In this document: positions 18,578 to 25,865 of the stretch, piece by piece
How the letters are laid out: every line of letters starts with the position of its first letter
Numbering within the stretch: the first letter of the stretch is position 1
From: Candidatus Saccharimonadota bacterium
GTDB lineage: Bacteria; Patescibacteriota; Microgenomatia; UBA1406; GWC2-37-13
Direction: 5' to 3'
NCBI GenBank assembly: GCA_016432445.1
Contig: CP066689.1
Coordinates: forward strand, 270,001 to 302,000
DNA length: 32,000 nucleotides
Program-made: the position numbers and the translations under genes
The notes under the pieces: generated by a model
Seen by the model: the letters and a program-made list of their open reading frames with translations, nothing else
Told to the model about the DNA's origin: nothing
Database searches by the model: none

Positions 18578-20044
18578 TTAGAGCGATCTTTTTTGAAAGA
18601 GATACTGAGAATCAAAGTTTTTGATCAAATTTAAATTATATTTTTGAGGGTTAAAATCAAGATCAACTTTTTCTAAAGTTAAACAGGCAGTTTTCTTAAT
18701 TGAAGGGATCTTACTTATAAATTTATTTTTATTATAAATAAGCGATACCTTTTTCTCGAAGTAATAAATGATCGAAGGATGAGGACCATACATCTCTGAA
18801 GTTGAGATTAATAAATTCATTGAGCGTAAAGTATCGTAGGTGTTGCGGTCAGTCGGTGATATTAAGACATAAAGTGAGCTGCATTTTTCTTTAGCTAGCC
18901 ACGATACTTTGTATATCGCGTCATAAGCGGAGTAAAAGCTGTTGAAAAAATTATCAGTAAAGATAACTCTATAGCTTAATGATAAAAATAAAGTTAAAAC
19001 AAGAAAATTTAGTAAATATTTATGTTTTTTTATTAAAACTAAAGGATAGGCTAAAAGAAAAGTTACTTGAGGTATAGCTGGGTAAAGGTACCAGCTGATT
19101 TTTGTTTTGGTTAAGTTAAGAAACAGAAACCAAGGCAGTAAAAAAAGGCTTAAAAATAATTTATCGTCTTTAATTTTTTTAGAAATATAATCTTTGAAGA
19201 TTATAATTAAACTGGCTAAAGCAGCTAGTAGGAAATAAGAGTACTGTGATATAAATACATCAATATAAAAGGTTCTCTTTCCAAAATGAGATTCAATTGA
19301 ACTAGTAACTCTTCTTAAAAGATGGTCGGTAAAATGGACTTTAATAAATGTTTCTTTGTAGACAAAAAGCATTAAAAAAAACCATATTGAAAGAATAAAA
19401 ACTTGCAAGACTGATTTTTTTGCAAATTTAAGAAACTGATTTTTACTTATTTTCTTTCCAATAAGTTGATAAACATAAAACAATCCTAAAATTATTAATG
19501 GATAAAATCCTAAAAGAGATTTACTAAAGACGCCTAAAAATAAGAAAAATAAGCCTAGCCAAAAATTAGAAAAATACAAAAAATAACCAAACCAGCCGAT
19601 AAGCAAGAAAATATCAGTATTTAAAGTTTGTGCCCTTTGCAAAAATATGGGGTTAAAAGCAGTTAAAATAACAGCAAATAAGGAAATCTTTTTACTTTTA
19701 AAAATTTTATTTGACCAGGCATAAATTAAAAGTAAAGCGATCACAGACAAGATTAAACTTAAAACTCTTGTGCTTATTTCAGGCGTAATTGGGACATTAT
19801 TTATTAAAATTCCATTGATAAAAGGCACAAGAGGAGGTTTCTCAAGCCAGGCTTGACCTTGCCATAAAGGGACAAATGATTTTTGAGCTACCATCTCTTT
19901 TCCCACTTGAGCGTATATTGATTCATCCCAGTCGAAAAACGGCATAGGGAAAGCGGCTAGTTTGTAAAAAATTATTAAGAAATAAAAGATTAAAAATCCG
20001 GCCAAAAGCGAGTTTTGTTTAAAGAGAGCAATAATCCGTCTCAT
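18578..20044 (-). CDS. GT39/PMT_2-type (ArnT-like) membrane glycosyltransferase
   Basis: FFDWDESIYAQVGKEMV...WLEKPPLVPF is the classic ArnT/PMT first periplasmic loop. The track starts at a TTG (20053). I prefer the ATG at 20044, which lies 9 nt downstream of a TGaTAGAAT extended -10 box (20054-20062). Confidence 0.75.
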   Translation of the reverse strand: MRRIIALFKQNSLLAGFLIFYFLIIFYKLAAFPMPFFDWDESIYAQVGKEMVAQKSFVPLWQGQAWLEKPPLVPFINGILINNVPITPEISTRVLSLILSVIALLLIYAWSNKIFKSKKISLFAVILTAFNPIFLQRAQTLNTDIFLLIGWFGYFLYFSNFWLGLFFLFLGVFSKSLLGFYPLIILGLFYVYQLIGKKISKNQFLKFAKKSVLQVFILSIWFFLMLFVYKETFIKVHFTDHLLRRVTSSIESHFGKRTFYIDVFISQYSYFLLAALASLIIIFKDYISKKIKDDKLFLSLFLLPWFLFLNLTKTKISWYLYPAIPQVTFLLAYPLVLIKKHKYLLNFLVLTLFLSLSYRVIFTDNFFNSFYSAYDAIYKVSWLAKEKCSSLYVLISPTDRNTYDTLRSMNLLISTSEMYGPHPSIIYYFEKKVSLIYNKNKFISKIPSIKKTACLTLEKVDLDFNPQKYNLNLIKNFDSQYLFQKRSL

Positions 20045-20053
20045 CAGAATCAA

Positions 20054-20062
20054 ATTCTATCA
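20054..20062 (-). promoter_or_regulatory. Extended -10 box TGaTAGAAT for the GT39 gene; the transcript would be near-leaderless
   Basis: Plus-strand attctatca reverse-complements to TGATAGAAT. The same 9-mer occurs at 31240-31248 upstream of another gene. Confidence 0.45.
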
Positions 20063-20077
20063 CAAGTAGTTAATGTA

Positions 20078-20138
20078 TAAAAAGCAAAAAGGCATGGGGT
20101 GTAAATGGGAAAATCTCCCATCAGGGACCACATGCCTT
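20078..20138 (-). terminator. Rho-independent terminator (minus strand)
   Basis: AAGGCATG (20131-38) pairs with CATGCCTT (20089-96) as read on the minus strand. An inner ATGGGA/TCCCAT hairpin sits at 20105-10 and 20116-21. On the minus strand the stem is followed by TTTTTGCTTTTT. On the plus strand the run is A-rich and lies on the wrong side, so the terminator is minus-specific. Confidence 0.75.
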
Positions 20139-20481
20139 CTAGCACTATTCAGTTGCGGAAAGTCTATTGCTTGCCTGGAAAAAACACGTCGACGGGCACG
20201 GCATTTCTTGGCAGCCGGTTTAACTTGGTCTTCAAATGATACTTCTCACTGGCAGGAACTACGACAGCGCAAAGGGGTACTCTGAAAGACCAACCTAGTA
20301 GTCGACTACCCAGAGTGAGAGTCATGTGGCCGGCGTTTTCACCATGTAGGAATTTTCCAATCGCCTCGATAGTGAGTGCACCTGTCGGATACGTCGGTTG
20401 AGCAACGGCACCAGATTGATACTATCGCTTTAAGAATCGCGGGTCACCTATTTTACTGCTATTCATTGCAATTCTCCTTCT
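20139..20481 (-). ncRNA. Unclassified GC-rich structured RNA region: a long 3' UTR or an independent ncRNA
   Basis: No ORF of 60 aa or more on the minus strand. I counted 28/60 and 31/60 G+C in two lines. Nested helices: GCCGG (20214-18) with CCGGC (20330-34) encloses TCTCACT (20244-50) with AGTGAGA (20314-20). CGATAGT (20367-73) pairs with ACTATCG (20421-27). Palindromes GTAGTCGACTAC (20298-309) and CGTCGACG (20187-94) are present. Confidence 0.45.
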
Positions 20482-20760
20482 CTAGTTTTCTTCCCTGCGA
20501 GGTAGTTTCCCTTCTAGGAAATCTTCATAGGAGACAGTTGTTCCTTGCGGTCCAGCCCCGAAAGCTCCTCCGCTTATTCGGACTATGTCCACACCGTCTT
20601 GTCTCTTAAGTCCAGTAAATGGCTCATAAGAGAAGTCTACACCTCCTGTCCCTTTGCAGTCATGACAAACAACCGCTACTCCCTTTGGTTCCTGATAACC
20701 TCTGTAAACTCCAGTTCCACTACACGATTTACACTGAATCTTGACTGTAACTTTATCCAT
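20482..20760 (-). CDS. Small zinc-ribbon protein with two DnaJ-type CxxCxGxG motifs
   Basis: MDKVTVKIQCKSCSGTGVYRGYQEPKGVAVVCHDCKGTGGVDF... The ATG at 20760 follows GGAG with a 6-nt spacer, a canonical SD that is rare in this window. An alternative ATG is at 20772. The track's GTG at 20847 is less likely, because the 8-bp stem pair GGTGGCTA/TAGCCACC (hairpin spanning 20800-20844) lies in that extension. Confidence 0.6.
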   Translation of the reverse strand: MDKVTVKIQCKSCSGTGVYRGYQEPKGVAVVCHDCKGTGGVDFSYEPFTGLKRQDGVDIVRISGGAFGAGPQGTTVSYEDFLEGKLPRREEN

Positions 20761-20940
20761 CTTTTTCTCCATGTAAGCTAAGTACTCACCATAATTGCAG
20801 GTGGCTAAATACGCACGAATCATATTCTTACGTAAATAGCCACCCACAGTGTTTCCGCAAACTGTTAAAGTGCTCTAAATTGGAAATAAGCCGCAAAAAT
20901 GGCCATTTTATGGCTAAATTGAGCTTATTTTCATGGCACT

Positions 20941-20969
20941 ATTATACCACGAAGAGACTTAAGAAGCAA
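20941..20969 (-). promoter_or_regulatory. Near-consensus sigma70-type promoter with an extended -10
   Basis: The minus strand reads TTGCTT (20964-69), a 17-nt spacer ending in TGG, then TATAAT (20941-46). It would drive the zinc-ribbon gene with a leader of about 175 nt. Confidence 0.6.
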
Positions 20970-20996
20970 ACTACTATAGGTTAACACTCGGGGGTG

Positions 20997-21260
20997 CTAT
21001 TTTACAGATTGAAGTTTTTCGGTTATCCAAAGGCGGGCGAGAGAGGAAACACTAATGCCTTTACTTTTTGCAATGCGTTCCAATCTATTTTTTATTCCTT
21101 TTTGAAGTCGAACGATCAATGTTTCCTCTTTTGGTTTTTGAAGTTCCACTGATAAATCAATCTTTTTAAAACTACTCCAATAATCCGCCAAACTATGTGT
21201 ATCCCAAAACTTGGCTTCTTCTGACATTGATTTAAATTTAGGAATTTTTTTCTTTTTCAT
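20997..21260 (-). CDS. Ribbon-helix-helix (CopG/BrnA-like) antitoxin-type DNA-binding protein
   Basis: 87-aa ORF. The N-terminal SEEAKFWDTHSLADYW segment and the C-terminal LIVRLQKGIKNRLERIAKSKGISVSSLARLWI (beta-strand, helix, helix) match my memory of BrnA/CopG-family antitoxins. Confidence 0.6.
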   Translation of the reverse strand: MKKKKIPKFKSMSEEAKFWDTHSLADYWSSFKKIDLSVELQKPKEETLIVRLQKGIKNRLERIAKSKGISVSSLARLWITEKLQSVK

Positions 21261-21269
21261 AAATGAGAC

Positions 21270-21314
21270 TACATGTAATCGTATTACATTTGTATGACAA
21301 ATGTTTACATTATA
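21270..21314 (-). promoter_or_regulatory. Promoter -10 box and overlapping palindromic operators upstream of the RHH gene
   Basis: ACATTTGT-atg-ACAAATGT (21286-21304, 8-bp arms), TGTAAT-cgt-ATTACA (21274-21288) and TACATGTA (21270-77). A minus-strand TATAAT lies at 21309-21314, so the large palindrome covers the predicted transcription start. Confidence 0.55.
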
Positions 21315-21321
21315 TTTGTTT

Positions 21322-22503
21322 TCAAAACTTCACAACTTTTTCGAGGGGTTTTTTGACTTTGAAGGCGTCGTCTTCAAAGACCAGTGATTGAAACATAAAA
21401 TAAGTTCTTATTTCATAAATTGCCGAGATTACAAAAAGTAAGATAAGTATTTTTACCAGATGATTTCTTTTTATTTTTAAAAGATAACTGACAGCATTGC
21501 CGATAAAATAAATGATTGAAGGAATAACAGTATAAGTGCGGAGCATATTTGGGTTTTCTGAAGGAAAAGTAAGTAAAGCGGGGATAATCGAAATAACAAA
21601 ATACCCAAGAAAAAATTGATTATAAAAATTTTTTCTATTTGAAATAGTTACAATAATTCCCAAAATGAAAAAAACGCCAATAATCGGATTTAGCGCGGGT
21701 TTGCCTGTATAGTTATGACGGCCATTCATATCGCCTTTGAAAGAAAACATCAAAGCTGTTTTAGAGATATTCTCTATTGTAAGGCCGGCTTTTTGTACGA
21801 CTGTAAGTTTGGGATGTTTTAAATATAATTGTTGATCCAGACGCTTGTCAGGGTGTCCCAACAAATAAATGATTAAAGGAGAACTTACGAGCAAAAAGAT
21901 AAAGAGATAGGAAAGGATATATTTTCTTTGTTCAATTATTAAAAAGACTAGCGGTAAGAGAAAAAATATCCGTCCCGGATAATAGGAATGAAAAGCCAAA
22001 CCGGCAAATAATCCGCAAAGAATAATATAAATCAGTTTTTTCTTTTCTTTAAAGAGGAAGAAGAAATATAAAGAGGTCAACTCCAAAAATAAGAGAAAGG
22101 TAGTTTCAAATGAAAAACGGGCAAAATTAAAAAACCACCGTTGGGTAACAAAGACAAAAAATAAAATTAATGCTAAAAAATAAGGTTTATGAAATATTCT
22201 TTGGATAATAAGATAAAATATAAGGGCGCAAAGCACTCCAAAAACTGCTGCAGGTAATCTTAGTGCAAAAGTGCTAATGCCTAATACTTTAAAAAAAATA
22301 AGGATAACGTAAAAATACAAAGTGGCATGTCCGGTTGCCAGTTCACTATAAGGAGTATAAGGAATAGTGTTTAAAGAAAGCGCCAGTCTGGCAAACTCGA
22401 CTTCATCAAAAAATAAATATTTGGGAATTTTTGTAAACTCAAAAAAAATAATTAAAGAACAAAATAATAGAAGCAGGGGAAAAGAATTTTTTTTAAAGAT
22501 CAT
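21322..22503 (-). CDS. ArnT/PMT_2-like (GT-C) membrane glycosyltransferase, short form
   Basis: 393-aa ORF. FFDEVEFARLALSL...YSELATGHATLYFYVI is the acidic first-loop motif. It is all-TM and has no large soluble domain. Its start overlaps the upstream GT2 stop by 11 nt. Confidence 0.6.
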   Translation of the reverse strand: MIFKKNSFPLLLLFCSLIIFFEFTKIPKYLFFDEVEFARLALSLNTIPYTPYSELATGHATLYFYVILIFFKVLGISTFALRLPAAVFGVLCALIFYLIIQRIFHKPYFLALILFFVFVTQRWFFNFARFSFETTFLLFLELTSLYFFFLFKEKKKLIYIILCGLFAGLAFHSYYPGRIFFLLPLVFLIIEQRKYILSYLFIFLLVSSPLIIYLLGHPDKRLDQQLYLKHPKLTVVQKAGLTIENISKTALMFSFKGDMNGRHNYTGKPALNPIIGVFFILGIIVTISNRKNFYNQFFLGYFVISIIPALLTFPSENPNMLRTYTVIPSIIYFIGNAVSYLLKIKRNHLVKILILLFVISAIYEIRTYFMFQSLVFEDDAFKVKKPLEKVVKF

Positions 22504-23254
22504 ATTTGCCGGTCATATGATAATACTTAATCTGGGCAATATCTTTTAAGCTTTCTATGGCATCATGAATGAAATTTACATTTTTAGTTTCTACATGCCG
22601 CCAGATTACTGGGACTTCTTTGATTTTATAGTTTAATTTAGTAGCTAAAAATAAAAACTCAAGATCAAATCCGGCAGATACTGAAGGGCCATTTACTTTA
22701 TGGTTTGGTCGAAATACTTTCAATTTACTTATAATTTTTAAAGCGACATCTTTTTTAAATATTTTAAATCCGCATTGAGTATCATGGATACCTCTCAGTC
22801 CTATGGCATAACTTCGGACTACTATTGAGCCCAAGGTAAGTATTTTTCGTGAAAGAGGAGCGCCTTCTCTTGTGCTAGTTCGAGAGCCGATAATAATATC
22901 ATAGCCTTCGTTTACAGCTTTAATCAGTCTTTCTACTTCTTCAATTGGAGTGGCCAAATCAATGTCTGAAAACATTACATAATTGCCTTTAGATTCTTTT
23001 ATTCCAGTTATAACTGCAATAGCTTTTCCCTGATGGGAGTTTTCCACAAGTTTAAATTTTGGAAACTGAGGAAGATATCTTTCTTTTATTATTTTTTTTG
23101 ATGAATCACTTGATCCGTCATCTACAATAATAACTTCGATAAAACGATTATTATTTTTAGTATAGTTGCCTATTTTATCCAATACGCCTTTTTGTATATT
23201 AGCTTCTTCGTTGTAACATGGAACAATGAGAGAAACAATGCTGTTATTTTTCAT
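22493..23254 (-). CDS. GT2 polyprenol-phosphate hexose synthase (DPM1/Alg5/GtrB/ArnC-like)
   Basis: IVSLIVPCYNEEANI, IIVDDGSSDSS, FSDIDLATP and IHDTQCGFKIFKK. The DTQCGFK motif is as in dolichyl-phosphate glucosyl/mannosyl-transferases. Confidence 0.75.
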   Translation of the reverse strand: MKNNSIVSLIVPCYNEEANIQKGVLDKIGNYTKNNNRFIEVIIVDDGSSDSSKKIIKERYLPQFPKFKLVENSHQGKAIAVITGIKESKGNYVMFSDIDLATPIEEVERLIKAVNEGYDIIIGSRTSTREGAPLSRKILTLGSIVVRSYAIGLRGIHDTQCGFKIFKKDVALKIISKLKVFRPNHKVNGPSVSAGFDLEFLFLATKLNYKIKEVPVIWRHVETKNVNFIHDAIESLKDIAQIKYYHMTGKYDL

Positions 23255-24734
23255 GTATCAGTTTATATATTTTAATACCTTCGAAATCCCATATTTTATC
23301 AATTTTTGCTTTACCAAACATGGAAATATTCCATGAAGGTGAGTTAATGACAAGACAAGGTTCCTCTTTGCATAAAACAAACATTTGATCGGTAATCTCC
23401 AGTTTTTCACGGTTGGCCGCGATCTGTCCTTTTAATTCCAGGAAATATAAAAAATTATCCTCGCCAAAAGATATCGGCCAGGTCGCAAAGTTAAATGGTT
23501 TATTGCCAATTTCTTTTGATAGAGAATTAGCTACCCTTTTGGCTTGATTAATTTGACTCCAGTAAGGATCGGCATTTTTAAAAAAATAATAATTTTTTGC
23601 GTTTAAAAATATATAAATAATTAAAAATAAGACAGGAATTATATATTTGACTCTTTGCAACTTAAATAAATTGCTTAATAAATAGCCTAAGATTAAAAAG
23701 AAACTATAGTAGATTGAGGCGAAATAATGAGGATGACGGGCACTTGAAAGTAAACTAAAAGATAAAAGATATAAGCAGACAGCATAAAAATTAATTTTTA
23801 AAAATAATCCGGCATTATTTTTTTTGAATAGCAAGAAATAAAGGACAATAAATATTAATAAAACGGCTATAGCTCCATTTTGGTTCAGATCTGTTTTAAA
23901 AATATGGTTAATAAACGCTTGGACAGTATCTGAAAATCTCGAAAAGAACGAAGAATTGGAAACAAGTTCCTTTTGAGAGAAAAGCTTTAAGAAATTTTTG
24001 CTATTTAAAAAACCATGTCTTAGATCAAAAAGAATTAAGGTTGACGAAAATAAAATGAAAGAAAGCGCAGTCACAAAAATATTTTTTAATATTAAAATTT
24101 TATGTTTATCTTTTATTAAAGACTCAAGGAAAAGAATTCCCAGAGGAATAAATAAGAAAATAGCCAGATAATGAAGCTGAATGGAAAAAGAAAGTAGAGC
24201 GCCAAAAATAAATGAGGTGAAATAATTTTTAGTAGTTAAAGATTTATAAAAAAAATAAAGTGAGGCAAAAGAAAAAATAGGCAGTAAATTAGGATTCCAA
24301 GAGAAACGGCTAAATTCAATTTGAGTAAAAGAGAAAACAACTAAGAGAGTAAAGAATATAGCCGTTAATTTTCCCAGTTTTTTTTTAACAGCCAGGTAGC
24401 TTAAAACAATACCGATTAAGGATAAAAAAGCTACTCCATAGGCCATACCGGCCGGATTAAACTGAAAAATAAATAAGAAAGGAGCAATAAGATAATAATA
24501 AAAAGGGCCTAAAAAAACTTGTCCGATTGAGGTAGGGGCACCTATGAGAGGAAAATTTTTAAAAGTAAGAATCCTTTCAACAATGATGGCATCTCTTCCT
24601 TGGTCGCTTAAAAAAATAGTTAGCTTATCAAGCTGATAAAGTCTTAAAACCGCAGCAATGAAAATTAAGATAAATAAAACCTTATTTTTTGATACAATAT
24701 TTAAAATGTTCTTCAAGACTTTTCCAAAGGGCAT
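23244..24734 (-). CDS. ArnT/PMT_2-like (GT-C) membrane glycosyltransferase
   Basis: AAVLRLYQLDKLTIFLSDQGRDAIIVERIL plus about 12 TM segments and a C-terminal soluble domain. I set the start at M39 (ATG at 24734), which has a TAAAAT box 8 nt upstream. The track ORF extends to 24848. Confidence 0.6.
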   Translation of the reverse strand: MPFGKVLKNILNIVSKNKVLFILIFIAAVLRLYQLDKLTIFLSDQGRDAIIVERILTFKNFPLIGAPTSIGQVFLGPFYYYLIAPFLFIFQFNPAGMAYGVAFLSLIGIVLSYLAVKKKLGKLTAIFFTLLVVFSFTQIEFSRFSWNPNLLPIFSFASLYFFYKSLTTKNYFTSFIFGALLSFSIQLHYLAIFLFIPLGILFLESLIKDKHKILILKNIFVTALSFILFSSTLILFDLRHGFLNSKNFLKLFSQKELVSNSSFFSRFSDTVQAFINHIFKTDLNQNGAIAVLLIFIVLYFLLFKKNNAGLFLKINFYAVCLYLLSFSLLSSARHPHYFASIYYSFFLILGYLLSNLFKLQRVKYIIPVLFLIIYIFLNAKNYYFFKNADPYWSQINQAKRVANSLSKEIGNKPFNFATWPISFGEDNFLYFLELKGQIAANREKLEITDQMFVLCKEEPCLVINSPSWNISMFGKAKIDKIWDFEGIKIYKLIHEK

Positions 24735-25857
24735 ATATGCATATTTTACCGTAACTTTAATCGTTTTAGCCAGTAGTTTTATTTTATGGTTGCCTTTTAT
24801 TTTAAAGACAGACAATTGGTTTGGACTAAGAGTTGATAAACCTGGCATGAGATATGTTTATGGCCAGTTTGACGGGCCCCTTTACATAATCCCTGCAAAA
24901 ACATTTTATGAGTTAACTAAAATAGATGTTCCGGGAAAAGGTTTAATTGTTTCTTTGCCAATAAGACCTCAATATTTTGCCGCACATCTGCCTCTTTATC
25001 CGGTATTTATTAATCTTTTTGCTCAATTAACTGGTTTTTTACAGTCTACGGTCATAGTTAATATTCTTTTTACAGTTCTTTTAGCCTGTTTTTTTTATTA
25101 TTTGATTAAATCTTTTAAATTGTCGGAAAACCCGCTCTTACTGACAGCTGTATTTTTGTTTTTGCCAAGGTTTTTAGTAATAAGATCAGTTGGTGCGCCT
25201 GAGAGTATGTTTATTTTTTTTATTCTTCTATCATTATTCTTTTTTGAAAAAAAGAGATATCTGTTGGCAGGAATTGCTGGAGGGTTGGCTACTATGGTTA
25301 AAATACCTGGTATTTTACTTTTTATAGCTTATTTTGTGGTTTTAGCGGAACAATATATAAGACTGAAAAAAATTAACTGGAGAGCCTGGGGAATAGTATT
25401 TATTCCTGTAGGTTTGTTAACAGTTTTTACAATATATCTTATTCAATATAGAGATTTTTTTGCTTTTTTCCATACTGGGGGAGTTGTTCCAATGTTATTT
25501 CCTTTTTCTGTTTTTAATTTTCAAGCCAAATGGGTGGGAACAGCTTGGCTTGAAGAAATAATTTTTTATTTTGTGATGTATCTTTTGGCAGTATTTTATC
25601 TTAAAGATACAAAGTACCGGAGTTTTTTCTATTTCATTTTAATTTTCTTTATAGCTACTGTTTTCGTTCAGCACCGTGATATATCCCGTTACAGTCTGCC
25701 TTTATGGCCTTTTGCCGCAATAGCTTTTGAGAAATTTTTTACAAATAAGAAATTTGTCTTAGCATGTCTTATAATTTTGCCGGCAATATTTTTTTACGGC
25801 TGGAATTTTTTGGTTTATAATATCATGCCGATTTCTGACTGGAGCCCATTTTTGTAA
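24706..25857 (+). CDS. Polytopic membrane protein, PIG-V/GT76-like mannosyltransferase-family candidate
   Basis: YGQFDGPLYIIPAKTFYE...YFAAHLPLYPVFINLFA resembles the WD..Y..IA..GY...FFPLYP layout of PIG-V-type GT-C proteins, as I recall it. I set the start at M17 (24706) because TACAAT (24693-98) lies 7 nt upstream. The track start is 24658. Confidence 0.45.
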   Translation: MFFKTFPKGIYAYFTVTLIVLASSFILWLPFILKTDNWFGLRVDKPGMRYVYGQFDGPLYIIPAKTFYELTKIDVPGKGLIVSLPIRPQYFAAHLPLYPVFINLFAQLTGFLQSTVIVNILFTVLLACFFYYLIKSFKLSENPLLLTAVFLFLPRFLVIRSVGAPESMFIFFILLSLFFFEKKRYLLAGIAGGLATMVKIPGILLFIAYFVVLAEQYIRLKKINWRAWGIVFIPVGLLTVFTIYLIQYRDFFAFFHTGGVVPMLFPFSVFNFQAKWVGTAWLEEIIFYFVMYLLAVFYLKDTKYRSFFYFILIFFIATVFVQHRDISRYSLPLWPFAAIAFEKFFTNKKFVLACLIILPAIFFYGWNFLVYNIMPISDWSPFL

Positions 25858-25865
25858 TTTAAGGT

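Noticed and set aside
20040-20047. CUGAUGAG (hammerhead ribozyme core-like) on the minus strand at the start of the GT39 gene
   Set aside because: I could not find a downstream GAAA box or stems I to III in the required arrangement. The motif is simply the codons for L-M-R at the N-terminus.
20157-20222. RNase P RNA-like strings GGAAAGTC (20157-64) and GCCGGTTTA (20214-22) on the plus strand
   Set aside because: They are only about 50 nt apart, whereas the P4 strands of RNase P RNA are about 300 nt apart. The sequences cannot pair with each other, and other conserved RNase P blocks are absent. The terminator also indicates minus-strand transcription.
20073-20781. Plus-strand ORFs 20073-20285, 20376-20609 and 20545-20781 in the GC-rich insert
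   Set aside because: They have no SD or -10 signals. They overlap the minus-strand zinc-ribbon CDS or each other, and their sequences are Cys/Arg/Leu-rich with no motifs. The terminator polarity shows that the region is transcribed on the minus strand.
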